In this document: piece by piece, positions 28,757 through 38,221 of the stretch
Numbering within the stretch: position 1 is the first letter of the stretch
How the letters are laid out: every line of letters starts with the position of its first letter
Source: Candidatus Fermentibacterota bacterium
Lineage (GTDB): Bacteria > Fermentibacterota > Fermentibacteria > Fermentibacterales > JCC-6
Direction of reading: 5' to 3'
NCBI GenBank assembly: GCA_963845085.1
Contig: CAWJQI010000004.1
Span: 192,001-256,000, forward strand
Length of the DNA: 64,000 bases
Made by a program: the position numbers and the translations under genes
Notes under the pieces: generated by a model
Seen by the model: only the letters and a program-made list of their open reading frames with translations
Databases searched by the model: none
What the model was told of the DNA's origin: nothing

Positions 28757-31102
28757 TGTGATGGTCCAGGATTTGGAGAGGTTTGCCGCCGGCCCCCTGT
28801 AGCCTGCGCCCAGAACCAGCGTTCGCTCGGGAAGCTCGGAAGGGAAATCAGCCAGCCCGGATGACAGGATCAGGGCATCGCCGGGTTCCATCGCATCAAC
28901 GGCCTCCGATGCACTTGAACACACCTGGACCCTCAGGTTCATATGGCGGAGAACCGTTGCGACAGTCCTCCCCTCGATCGAATTGTCCGATGCCACCATC
29001 ACCCTCCCGGACGGCTCCATCACCGCACTCGGCAGGATGACCGTGAATCTTGCGCCGTCGTCCCTGCGTTCGGCAGCCACCGTCCCCTTCATCGCCTTCA
29101 CAGCCGAGTAGGCCTCGACGAGGGCCTGGTGTCCGGGGCTGAAACACGCCATGGAACCGGGAGAGACAAGGTCGATGATGATCCTGGTGCAACCGCAGAC
29201 GCCCCCGCCCGAAAGCGACCATATCTTCATCGCCGCGCCTTCAGGAAGTGCGCTGCCCACGAATCCGGCCAGCCGCAGGAAGAACCTTTCGAGAAGATCC
29301 TGGCTGCCCTGCACTGCTGTCGATGATGGTATTTCAAGGGTGAGGCTGCAGCCTTCGCCGAGCAGCCCCCGCATAGTGGGATCGAGCTCCCTCAGGAAAG
29401 TATCGAGATAGACAAGCTCCTCGCGCTCCCCGGGAACGGGCGAGAGCGCTTCCAGATCCGCCGTGATGTCGGAAAGAAGCCTTCGGACAGAGTGGAGGTC
29501 GGGGGCGTCCGAGGCTTTCCTCAGCCTTGCAAGGAGCTCTCCGGAGTAACCGAGAAGGGCGTCCATTCCGGGGGAATCGCTGCCCGCGGCGGCAAGCCCC
29601 AGCAGCCTCTCCGAGGTTATGTCTTCGGCGACCGCGGAAATCGAAAGCCCGGACTTGTCCCTGGTCCTGTGCCACCTCAGTCGCACCCGGCGAACCCCGT
29701 CGCCGGCCACAAGCCTGCACGTGAAGGAACCGGATTCGTACGGGCACGAGGAGAGCTCAAGCCGAAGGCGCCGTCTGTCACCGATGTGGATCGCGGGAAA
29801 GAGGTAATCTTCGGCACTTCCCGAGAGGGGAAGGTTTCCCTGCCCGGTCAGGATCGCCCACCTTCTGTCCGAGTTGAACCTGCCGTTGAGCGGTGTCAGT
29901 GTCCAGAAACACAGCGATGCGGTGTCGAGAGCGCTTTCCATGTGGTCACGGCTGCGGCTCAGGTTGGTGAGTTCGGTGGTCTGAACCGTGGTGTCCCTCG
30001 CTATCGTGCAGATGATATCCGAGCGGTCCGTCCTGACCAGGGTGCTGTTGAGCTCGACAGGGTAGATAGTGCCGTCGCCCCTTCGATGCACCGATTCGAT
30101 CTGGAAATGCCCCCTCTGCCTGATCTGGGCGATGAAATCGTTCCACCATTCCGGGGAGATCGACGGGTTGAAACTGGATATGTGGGCGTTCCGCAGGTCC
30201 TGCTTCTTCACGCCCAGCTTCTCCGAAACAGCAGTGTTTCCGTAGATGAAATATCCCTGCTCGGTCAGGAAATAGATCTCGTCGCTGCTGGCCTCAACCG
30301 CTCCCTCCACGAGCCTGAGCCGGTCTTCCACGTCCTTCTTATCGGAGAGGTCGTTGATGATGCAGGCGAACCGGCCGGGTTGAACGCAGAAAACAAAATA
30401 ATGCACATAACGGTGGATCAACTTGTTGAACTCGCAGAGCTCGACCGGCTCGCCTGTCACGACAACGTTCGCGAACAGCTCGATTGCGAGATGCTCACGC
30501 ATGTTCGGGAAAACCTTTGTGATCCTCTTGTTGAGCAGCTGCTCGGCAGGTATGCCGGTATGGTCCTCGAAGGCCGGGTTCGTCTCCACGACCCTGTAAT
30601 CCAGGGGTTTCCCCTTGCTGTCGGAAATGATCTCGCCGATCAGTATGCCCAGGGGAATGCCGTTGACTATCCTGGAGTACTGCTTTTCTCCGGCCTCAAG
30701 CCTTGCCAGGAGGGCGACCGACTCGGTCACCTCCCTCATGCAGCAGAGCAGAATGCCGGTGGACGCGTCGGGTATCGTCTTCGCCAGGAAGCTGCGTCCA
30801 TGGAACGAGAGTTTCCCGCAGACGGGGCCTCCGAGTTTCAGCGCTTCGGTTACCGGACAGCCGGGGCAGGGCTTTTCAAGGCCGAAAAGCCTCTTGTGGC
30901 ATTTGCATTTCCCTTCTTCCGCACTCCACGGGCGACCCGAGAAAGCCTCAGCAGAAGCGTTCATGGCAAGAACGGTCCTGGAGCGATCCATGATGGTCAC
31001 CCCGCAGTCCACTCCGTTCAGAAGCGCTTCGTGGTCGAACAGCGGAAGATCGAACCGGCTCAGAACCACCTCCTCGAAGGGTAACGCATCAATTCTACGC
31101 AT
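28715..31102 (-). CDS. Multi-PAS sensor with degenerate histidine kinase and receiver domains
   Basis: About 4 PAS/PAC repeats (NPAFE, HRRGDGTIYPVE), remnant HATPase (GARFTVILP), REC-like tail. Confidence 0.75.
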   Translation of the reverse strand: MRRIDALPFEEVVLSRFDLPLFDHEALLNGVDCGVTIMDRSRTVLAMNASAEAFSGRPWSAEEGKCKCHKRLFGLEKPCPGCPVTEALKLGGPVCGKLSFHGRSFLAKTIPDASTGILLCCMREVTESVALLARLEAGEKQYSRIVNGIPLGILIGEIISDSKGKPLDYRVVETNPAFEDHTGIPAEQLLNKRITKVFPNMREHLAIELFANVVVTGEPVELCEFNKLIHRYVHYFVFCVQPGRFACIINDLSDKKDVEDRLRLVEGAVEASSDEIYFLTEQGYFIYGNTAVSEKLGVKKQDLRNAHISSFNPSISPEWWNDFIAQIRQRGHFQIESVHRRGDGTIYPVELNSTLVRTDRSDIICTIARDTTVQTTELTNLSRSRDHMESALDTASLCFWTLTPLNGRFNSDRRWAILTGQGNLPLSGSAEDYLFPAIHIGDRRRLRLELSSCPYESGSFTCRLVAGDGVRRVRLRWHRTRDKSGLSISAVAEDITSERLLGLAAAGSDSPGMDALLGYSGELLARLRKASDAPDLHSVRRLLSDITADLEALSPVPGEREELVYLDTFLRELDPTMRGLLGEGCSLTLEIPSSTAVQGSQDLLERFFLRLAGFVGSALPEGAAMKIWSLSGGGVCGCTRIIIDLVSPGSMACFSPGHQALVEAYSAVKAMKGTVAAERRDDGARFTVILPSAVMEPSGRVMVASDNSIEGRTVATVLRHMNLRVQVCSSASEAVDAMEPGDALILSSGLADFPSELPERTLVLGAGYRGPAANLSKSWTITSLRAAVRRVLQRN

Positions 31103-31173
31103 CCGCCCCGCCCTTGACGAGCCGGACCGTCATGACGAAGAGTACCGGCTCACAGTCATCGGAAGGAAGGACA

Positions 31174-31398
31174 GTGGACAAGAATTACGCCGACATAGAA
31201 AAGGGCGAGGACCTTGTGAGGGTGAACGCAACCGAGTTCAAGGGCCGCCAGTACATCGAAGTCAGAACCTACTACATGGCCGAGGACGGCGAATGGAAAC
31301 CGACAAAAAAGGGGATCACCCTTTCGCCCGACCTGATGGAGAAGGTTCACGAAGCCCTGGGAAGGGCGCTTGCAGAGGTGGCCGAAAAGGGCGCCTAG
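31174..31398 (+). CDS. PC4/YdbC family ssDNA-binding protein
   Basis: EFKGRQYIEVRTYY..WKPTKKGITL; GGAAGG RBS before GTG. Confidence 0.88.
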   Translation: MDKNYADIEKGEDLVRVNATEFKGRQYIEVRTYYMAEDGEWKPTKKGITLSPDLMEKVHEALGRALAEVAEKGA

Positions 31399-31404
31399 AC
31401 CGCT

Positions 31405-33711
31405 CTATCCGCACTCGGTATACCCGCAGTCGAGTGCGCACGACACGCAACCGGACTCGTACTTGAGTCCGGCGCCGCAGTTGGGGCACGCGCCTGCATG
31501 AGTGTCGGACTGCCCGGACTGCTCATGGCCGGCATCGATTTTCCCCGAGATCCTGCTCTCGATGGTTTTCGCCACTGCATCGGCACAGCTGTTGATCCTT
31601 TCCCCCGACTGCCAGCCCGGCCTGTTGCAACTAATGCCCTTGAGCTCGCGAACTATCTCCTCCGGTGCCACATGGTTTCGCAGGGCAAGGCTGATGACGC
31701 GGCACAGGGCCTCGCCCTGGCTTGATGCGCACCCCCCCGCCTTGCCCAGTCTGCTGAAAACCTCGACAGGGCCGTGCTCGTCCTCGTTTATGGTGACGAA
31801 CAGGTCGCCGCAACCGGTTTTCATGCGCCTGGTGACACCCGACACGAACTCCGGACGGCTCCGCGGACCCGACAGAGACGGAATCGAAGCGGCTTCCCTT
31901 CCGAGGTTGAGCACCTGCCTGTCCCGGCTGCCGTCACGGTAGACGGTCACACCCTTGCAGCCCAGCCTTTCCGCAAGGCGGAACACGGCGGCGACATCCT
32001 CCCTCGTGGCGTTGCGGGGAAGGTTCACGGTCTTGCTCACCGCATTGTCCGTGTACTTCTGAAACGCCGCCTGCATCCTTACATGCCATTCCGGGCCGAT
32101 GTCGTGCGAAGTCACGAAAACACGCCGCACATCGTCAGGTATGCCTTCGATCCCGCCAAGGCTCCCCTTCTCCGCGAGGAGCGCCAGAAATTCATCTGAG
32201 CCGAAACCCCTCTCCCTTGCGACTTTCTCGAACAGGGGAACGACCTCCCTCATCTCCTCCCCTTCGTCGAGCAGATTCCTGCGGGTGTAGGCGAGTGCGA
32301 ACACGGGCTCGACACCGCTGGAGCACCCCGCGATGATGCTGATCGACCCGGTCGGAGCAATGGTTGTCACCGTCGCGTTCCTCATCGCCGGCATGCCGGC
32401 CGTGTCGTACACGCTTCCCCTGAAGTTGGGGAAGGCGCCCCTGCGCTTCGCAAGTTCAACGCTCTCGCTTACAGCCTTGTCAGCGATAAAACTCATCACC
32501 TCTTCGGCAAGCTCAAGGGCCTCCTCGCTGTCGTAGGGCACGCCGATGTCAAATAGCAGTTCGGCGAAGCCCATCACGCCGAGACCGATCTTTCTGTTGC
32601 CGGCCACCATCTTCTCTATCTCGGGAAGAGGGTACCTGTTTATCTGAATTACATCGTCGAGAAAACGGATCCCGTACCTGACGGTCTTCTCAAGAAGGTT
32701 CCAGTCGACGGACCTTTTCCCGGGCACCCCCATGACTGCAAGGTTCACCGACCCGAGGTTGCACGCCTCGTACGGAAGAAGGGGTTGTTCGCCGCAGGGA
32801 TTGGTGGCTTCGATATCGCCGAGAAGAGGTGTGGGGTTCGCCCTGTTCACCCTGTCGATGAAGATGATGCCGGGCTCCCCGCTGCTCCAGGCGGAATCAA
32901 CGAGTGCGTCGAAGACCTCCGTCGCGGAAAGGACCCCCGTGATCTCCCCGGTCCTGGGATTGACAAGCCCGTAGTCCTCACCGGCCTCGAGCGCGGCAAG
33001 GAACGAGTCGGTGAGGGCCACCGAAAGGTTGAAGTTGTTCAGCTGCGCCATGTCGCGCTTTGCGTTGATGAAGGCCAATATGTCGGGGTGATCGACCCTG
33101 AGAACGGCCATGTTCGCGCCACGCCTGACGCCGCCCTGCTTGACCGTGTCGGTGGCCCGGTCGAAGACTGTCATGAACGAGATGGGGCCGCTGGAAACTC
33201 CCATCGTGGTCCGCACGACATCGAGCGAGGGCCGCACCCTGCTGAAGGAGAAGCCCGTGCCGCCACCGCTCTTGTGGATGAGGGCCGTGTTCTTCACGGC
33301 GTTGAAGATGCTTTCCATGCTGTCCTCGACTGGAAGCACGAAGCAGGCCGAGAGCTGGCCCATCTCACCGCCGGCATTGATGAGGGTCGGCGAGTTGGGC
33401 AGGAACTCCCTTCGGGCCATCATGCCGTAGAATTCAGCAGCCCAGGATGCCTCGTCCCCGTCCCACTGCGATTCCGCACCCGCGACGGCTTCGGCCACCC
33501 TTCTGAACATCCCGCCTGGAGTTTCGGTTATTCTGCCGTCCTCCGAGCGTCTGAGGTAGCGCCGTGCAAGGACCCGAAGGGCGTTTGCCGAGAGAATGGG
33601 CTCGGGGAAAGCACGCTCCGGTTCAGGAACCTTTACCTCCCGGCTCTGGCGGTCCTGCAGGCTGTCGAACAGATCGGGAGTGTTCATCGTCTCCTTTCCG
33701 GAACTGGTCAA
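31405..33711 (-). CDS. nrdJ: Class II (B12-dependent) ribonucleotide reductase with C-terminal TSCPD-like and zinc-ribbon region
   Basis: FLPNSPTL, LSACFV, TNPCGEQ, TIAPTG, terminal CxxC..C..C. No beta-subunit gene adjacent. Start may be about 20 nt downstream. Confidence 0.93.
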   Translation of the reverse strand: MTSSGKETMNTPDLFDSLQDRQSREVKVPEPERAFPEPILSANALRVLARRYLRRSEDGRITETPGGMFRRVAEAVAGAESQWDGDEASWAAEFYGMMARREFLPNSPTLINAGGEMGQLSACFVLPVEDSMESIFNAVKNTALIHKSGGGTGFSFSRVRPSLDVVRTTMGVSSGPISFMTVFDRATDTVKQGGVRRGANMAVLRVDHPDILAFINAKRDMAQLNNFNLSVALTDSFLAALEAGEDYGLVNPRTGEITGVLSATEVFDALVDSAWSSGEPGIIFIDRVNRANPTPLLGDIEATNPCGEQPLLPYEACNLGSVNLAVMGVPGKRSVDWNLLEKTVRYGIRFLDDVIQINRYPLPEIEKMVAGNRKIGLGVMGFAELLFDIGVPYDSEEALELAEEVMSFIADKAVSESVELAKRRGAFPNFRGSVYDTAGMPAMRNATVTTIAPTGSISIIAGCSSGVEPVFALAYTRRNLLDEGEEMREVVPLFEKVARERGFGSDEFLALLAEKGSLGGIEGIPDDVRRVFVTSHDIGPEWHVRMQAAFQKYTDNAVSKTVNLPRNATREDVAAVFRLAERLGCKGVTVYRDGSRDRQVLNLGREAASIPSLSGPRSRPEFVSGVTRRMKTGCGDLFVTINEDEHGPVEVFSRLGKAGGCASSQGEALCRVISLALRNHVAPEEIVRELKGISCNRPGWQSGERINSCADAVAKTIESRISGKIDAGHEQSGQSDTHAGACPNCGAGLKYESGCVSCALDCGYTECG

Positions 33712-33837
33712 TGCTATTCATCCCGGGCTCCGGAATCAAGTCGGCTGCTCTTGCACAAAAATGCCGGGCTTCATAGTTTCCAGGCAGGTAAGCGGACACG
33801 GAACTGCCGGACTGGAAGAGGGTGGCTTCTGAAACGG

Positions 33838-34125
33838 TTGGCATATGCGGTGGCGGCGGTTTTTTGCCTTTCGCTTCCCCTTGTTTTCACGGCTCCGGCC
33901 TCCACGATTTCCACAGCCGATGAGACGGCCGCCCTGGCGGTGGTTCTGGGACCCGGCAGCCATTTTCTGGGTCCCGAAAGCCTGTTCGTGAGCGGAAGGG
34001 ATACGCTTCAGGTGACAGTAACTTGCGCGCGACGCCTTCAGCCTCCCCGGAATCCGAGGGTCAGGGCCTTTGCGCCCGACCGGAACGGCGCGGCCTTCAC
34101 CGTGGTGCCGGGAGCTGCCTTTTGA
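33838..34125 (+). CDS. Small exported hypothetical protein
   Basis: Signal-like N-terminus after GGAAGAGGG; stop overlaps the next TTG start. Start uncertain (33829 or 33838). Confidence 0.45.
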   Translation: MAYAVAAVFCLSLPLVFTAPASTISTADETAALAVVLGPGSHFLGPESLFVSGRDTLQVTVTCARRLQPPRNPRVRAFAPDRNGAAFTVVPGAAF

Positions 34126-34616
34126 AGGCTTTCATTCGCCTTTCTGCGCTGCTGCTGGCCGCTGTTCCGATAGCCGGATGCGGCGGTCCGTCTGACGAAC
34201 AGGTCGAGGGTGACGGACAGAACCCGGTCCTTGAGCTCCCCGGAACGATATGCCGACCCGACACCTCGGGTTTCATAGCTTTTCCGACCGACTCGCTTGA
34301 GGGGGTGCTCCTGTACCTCTGGATTCCGCTTGAGAACTGCGACCAGAGCGATGCAGACCTTGTTTTCCTCGCCACCCTCGAAGAAAGCGGCATACTGCCG
34401 GCGCCCGTTCAGTTCGATCAGACCGCGAGAAACTTTGCCCAGCGGTTCGTGAACGGGCTGGAACTTCCGCTCACGGTCTATCTGGGCGACGACGAACTTC
34501 TCTCCTTCATGAACGTCGACATCCTTCCCGCGGCTGTTCTCGTTCTGCCCGGCGGCGTCGAAATACGTGCCAGCGGAGCCGGATGCGCCAGAAGGGTTCT
34601 TCAGGACCTGCAGTGA
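34122..34616 (+). CDS. Lipoprotein, possibly degenerate thioredoxin/TlpA fold
   Basis: Lipobox IAGC; VLLYLW..CDQS; ILPAAVLV. Confidence 0.55.
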   Translation: MKAFIRLSALLLAAVPIAGCGGPSDEQVEGDGQNPVLELPGTICRPDTSGFIAFPTDSLEGVLLYLWIPLENCDQSDADLVFLATLEESGILPAPVQFDQTARNFAQRFVNGLELPLTVYLGDDELLSFMNVDILPAAVLVLPGGVEIRASGAGCARRVLQDLQ

Positions 34617-35332
34617 GAAATGTATTCATAAGCGACGCCCACCTGTCCCCCGAGGGTGTTCCGCACCCCGGAAGGGAAACCCTGATCAGGTTTCTTGACC
34701 ACCTCGCCACAACCGAACCCGGAGCGCTCTGGATCATTGGCGATCTGTTCGACTACTGGTTCGAGTACCGTTCGACCGTTCCCGCCGGGTACTCAAGGGT
34801 GCTGTGCAGGCTGAGGAGGCTGTCAGATTCGGGCTGGAAGACCGGTTTCATACCGGGCAACCACGACTGGTGGGTGGGCCGGCGCTTTCACCTCGAGACA
34901 GGAATGACCATCCACCGCGAAACACCCCTCAGGGTCGACATCGAAGGCGTCAGGACCGTTCTTGCACACGGCGACGGCCTTGGAAGGGGGGACTGGGGCT
35001 ACAGGGCTTTCAAGCCGATCCTCCGCTCCCGTGTTTCGAGCTTTTTCTACTCCCTGCTTCACCCCACGCCGGCCACGGCGCTGGCATTCATGGCAAGCGG
35101 AACGAGCAGGAAGTACCTCAGAAAAAAGGTGAGGGTGATTCCCCCGCACCTTGACGCCTGGGCAAAGCGGCAGCTTGCCTGCGCCGACCTCGTCGTCACG
35201 GGCCACACCCACGTACCCAGGCTGACGAAGGATGGAAACGGGTATTACGCGTCGCTTGGCGATTGGATAAGCTCCTTCACATACTTGAAACTGGAAGAAG
35301 GGATACCCTCTCTTGAGCGCTTCGATGGCTGA
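34613..35332 (+). CDS. lpxH: UDP-2,3-diacylglucosamine diphosphatase-like metallophosphoesterase
   Basis: SDAHL, GDLFDYW, GNHD, HGD, GHTH, GDW. Confidence 0.85.
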   Translation: MRNVFISDAHLSPEGVPHPGRETLIRFLDHLATTEPGALWIIGDLFDYWFEYRSTVPAGYSRVLCRLRRLSDSGWKTGFIPGNHDWWVGRRFHLETGMTIHRETPLRVDIEGVRTVLAHGDGLGRGDWGYRAFKPILRSRVSSFFYSLLHPTPATALAFMASGTSRKYLRKKVRVIPPHLDAWAKRQLACADLVVTGHTHVPRLTKDGNGYYASLGDWISSFTYLKLEEGIPSLERFDG

Positions 35333-36249
35333 ACCGTCATTGACCGTGGTCGTGCCCGCCCTCAACGAGGCGATGAGCCTTCCCGAGCTGCTTGCAGAGA
35401 TCGGAGGGGTTCTCGAGGGGCGCGACTGGAACATCGTCATCGTGGACGACGGCAGCACCGACAACACCTGGAGCACCAGTAAGGGAGCTTGCCCATCGTT
35501 ATCCCCTGACGGGGCTCAGGTTCGGGCGAAACCAGGGAAAGGCGGCTGCACTTGCTGCCGGGATCGCCGAGGCCCGGGGAGACTGGATCGCAACGCTCGA
35601 CGCGGACCTCCAGGACGACCCGTCCGAGATCCCCCGAATGATCGCCTATGCCCTTGAGAACGGCCTTCAGCTGGTAAGCGGGTGGAAGAAGGTCCGGCAT
35701 GATCCCGCCGACAAGACTGTCCCCTCTCACCTCTTCAACACCGTCGTGAGGCGGTCAACCGGCATCAATCTTCACGATTTCAACTGCGGGCTGAAGGTCT
35801 ACCGGCGCGACGCGGCTCGAAGCCTCGACCTCTACGGCGAGATGCACCGGTACACTCCGGTTCTGGCCGCGATGAACGGTTTCAACGTCGGCGAGGTCCC
35901 CGTGAACCATCGTCCAAGAAGGTACGGTCGGAGCAAGTACGGTCTGGCAAGGTATTTCAGGGGATTCAGCGACCTTCTGACGGTTCTGTTCCTCAACAGG
36001 TACTCGTTCCGCCCGCTGCATTTCTTCGGCGGCATCGGCACCATTCTTACGCTGGCCGGCTTCGCCGTAAGCGCATACCTCTCGGTCCTGTGGTTCACCG
36101 GCAGCTCGATCGGGAACAGGCCCCTTCTCCTCCTCGGCGTCTTCCTCATGCTGGCCGGGTTCCAGTTCATCTCCATGGGCCTCCTCGGAGAGATGATCCT
36201 TCGCTTCAGCAGCAGCAGGCCCGCCAACCCGGTCGAGAGAACTGAATGA
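35325..36249 (+). CDS. GT2 polyprenol-phosphate glycosyltransferase (ArnC/GtrB-like); +1 frameshift at 35476-35478
   Basis: VVVPALNE and VDDGSTD in one frame; NQGKAAAL, DADLQDDP, HDFNCG and 2 TM segments in the next. Confidence 0.87.
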
Positions 36250-37340
36250 AGATCTGCCTCCTGGGTCCTTTCCCTCCCCTCCGGGGTGGGATTGCCCAGT
36301 TCAACTCAAGGCTCGCAAAAGCCCTGGGCGAGGCCGGACACCGTATTGAAAAGGTGGGGTTTCGAACCCTCTATCCCCGGCTCCTCTTTCCGGGCAGGAC
36401 GCAGTTCGAGGAGGCAGGCTCCGCCTCTCCCGTGGAGGGTGTTCCCCTGCTCCGCCCGACAGCACCCCTGACCTGGCCCCGGACCCGCCGCATCATCTCC
36501 TCGATGGCGTGCGACGCGGCGGTCGTGCAGTGGTGGCATCCGTTCTTCGCTCCCTGCCTCTCGGCCTGCCTTCCCCGCAACATTCCCGCAGCCGCTGTCT
36601 GCCACAACCTCCTGCCCCACGAGGGTTTTCCCTTTGCACAGGCCCTGACTGAACGCTTCATGCGGAGCATGAGAACACTGGTCGTCCATGGCGGGACCGA
36701 CGTCGACAGGGCTTCCTCCTTCGGCGGAAGGGTGGTCACGCTGTTCCACCCTCTGTACGACCAATACCTTGAAGGCGCGCCGTCGCGTGCCGAGGCGAGG
36801 CGGCGGCTGGGCATCCCCGAAGGCCGGACCGTACTGCTCTTCTTCGGCCTTGTCAGACGGTACAAGGGGCTTGATATCCTCATCGAGGCGATGAAGCTTC
36901 TGCCGGATGACACGGTGCTTCTCGCCGCGGGGGAGAACTACGGGGATGAGCGGGAACTGGCCGAAGCGGCCTCCACGCTGGGAGACAGGTTCGAAAGGCA
37001 CGACCGTTTCATCCCCGACCGGGAGGTGGGGGTTTTCTTCAGGGCAGCCGACATCGTCGTCCTGCCGTACCGCACGGCAACACAGAGCGGCGTGGCCCAG
37101 ATCGCCCTGGCATTCGGAAAACCCATGGTGGTAACCGATGTGGGCAGCCTGGGGGAAACGGTTCAGCCCGGGGTGACGGGTGAGATCGCGGAACGGCCCG
37201 ATGCCGGCCTCCTGGCCGGGGCAGTAATGAAATGCGGCAGGATTGTTTCCGATCCGGGTCATGGCGACAGGGTGGCGGTCTTCGCGGCGCGTTTCTCCTG
37301 GAAAACGTACGCCGAAGCGCTTGTCAACGGGCTCGCATGA
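36246..37340 (+). CDS. GT4 glycosyltransferase
   Basis: RGGIAQF, FFGLVRRYKG, LPYRTATQSG. Confidence 0.9.
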   Translation: MKICLLGPFPPLRGGIAQFNSRLAKALGEAGHRIEKVGFRTLYPRLLFPGRTQFEEAGSASPVEGVPLLRPTAPLTWPRTRRIISSMACDAAVVQWWHPFFAPCLSACLPRNIPAAAVCHNLLPHEGFPFAQALTERFMRSMRTLVVHGGTDVDRASSFGGRVVTLFHPLYDQYLEGAPSRAEARRRLGIPEGRTVLLFFGLVRRYKGLDILIEAMKLLPDDTVLLAAGENYGDERELAEAASTLGDRFERHDRFIPDREVGVFFRAADIVVLPYRTATQSGVAQIALAFGKPMVVTDVGSLGETVQPGVTGEIAERPDAGLLAGAVMKCGRIVSDPGHGDRVAVFAARFSWKTYAEALVNGLA

Positions 37341-38221
37341 ACATATTCGTAACGGGGGCCGGCGGTTTCATCGGAAGGTCACTGGCAGCCCACCTGACGA
37401 GGGCGGGGCACATCCTCACGACCCATTCGGGAAGGGCTGACGGTCCCGTTACCGTTCCGAAAAACGCCGATGCAGTCATTAACGCTGCGGGCAGGCTCGG
37501 CGGGGGGAACATTCCCGAAACCGAGGTCAGTCAGGCGAACACCCTCCTTCCCGAGCAGATCGGGCTGCAATGCGTTTCTGCGGGAATTCCCCTGATCCAT
37601 CTCAGCACACCCGGAGTCTGCGGCCTCCTCGCCGACGGAAGGGAGGACGCCCCGCTCGCTCCCGAAGGCCCGTATGAAAGATCGAAGGCAGAGGGCGAGA
37701 CAAGGCTTGCTTCCCTGGGGTTTCCTCCGGGAGGGCTTACCGTGCTCCGTCCCGACTTCGTTTTCGGCGCTGGCGACAGGCACAAACTCGCTCTTTTCCG
37801 TCAGGTCGCCAGGGGCTGGTTCCCTGTGGTTGGGCGTTCCGGCCCGCTGACAAGGCCGACCCACGCAAGGGATGTCTGCAGGGCGGTGCAATACTCCCTG
37901 CCTGGCGGCATACTTGCCGGAGGCCTCTACAACATCGGGGGTCCGGAGGTGCTGACCATGGCCGAGGTGGTCCGCACCGCAGCCGCGGCGCAGGGGAGGA
38001 GAGTCTTCGTGGTCTCCACCCCGAGGCGGCTCCTGCGGGCTGTGCTTGCTCTCGGGCCGCTCTGCCCCGCCCCCCTCACCGAGAGCAGGCTTCGCCTCTT
38101 CGGAACCGACCGCTTCGTCTCTGTGGAAAAGGCCGCAGCAGCCGGTTTCACTCCGATGTTCTCATTCGCGGAAGCTGCGGGGGATGCCGTATCCTGGTAC
38201 AGATCGGAGAAACTCCTTTGA
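37337..38221 (+). CDS. NAD-dependent epimerase/dehydratase (extended SDR)
   Basis: TGAGGFIG, YERSK, LRP. Confidence 0.88.
   Translation: MNIFVTGAGGFIGRSLAAHLTRAGHILTTHSGRADGPVTVPKNADAVINAAGRLGGGNIPETEVSQANTLLPEQIGLQCVSAGIPLIHLSTPGVCGLLADGREDAPLAPEGPYERSKAEGETRLASLGFPPGGLTVLRPDFVFGAGDRHKLALFRQVARGWFPVVGRSGPLTRPTHARDVCRAVQYSLPGGILAGGLYNIGGPEVLTMAEVVRTAAAAQGRRVFVVSTPRRLLRAVLALGPLCPAPLTESRLRLFGTDRFVSVEKAAAAGFTPMFSFAEAAGDAVSWYRSEKLL

Noticed and set aside
29492..31084. 530-aa plus-strand ORF
   Set aside because: Antisense shadow of the PAS sensor; no motifs.
32785..33828. 5' part of the 446-aa ORF 32785-34125
   Set aside because: Antisense to nrdJ; only the last ~95 codons look like a real gene.
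33712..33828. Cobalamin riboswitch or NrdR box upstream of nrdJ
   Set aside because: Gap is short and no recognisable consensus was seen.
2505..35478. Programmed ribosomal frameshifting at the four shifted sites
   Set aside because: No shared slippery motif or stimulatory structure; all are single extra bases, best explained as sequence errors until reads are checked.
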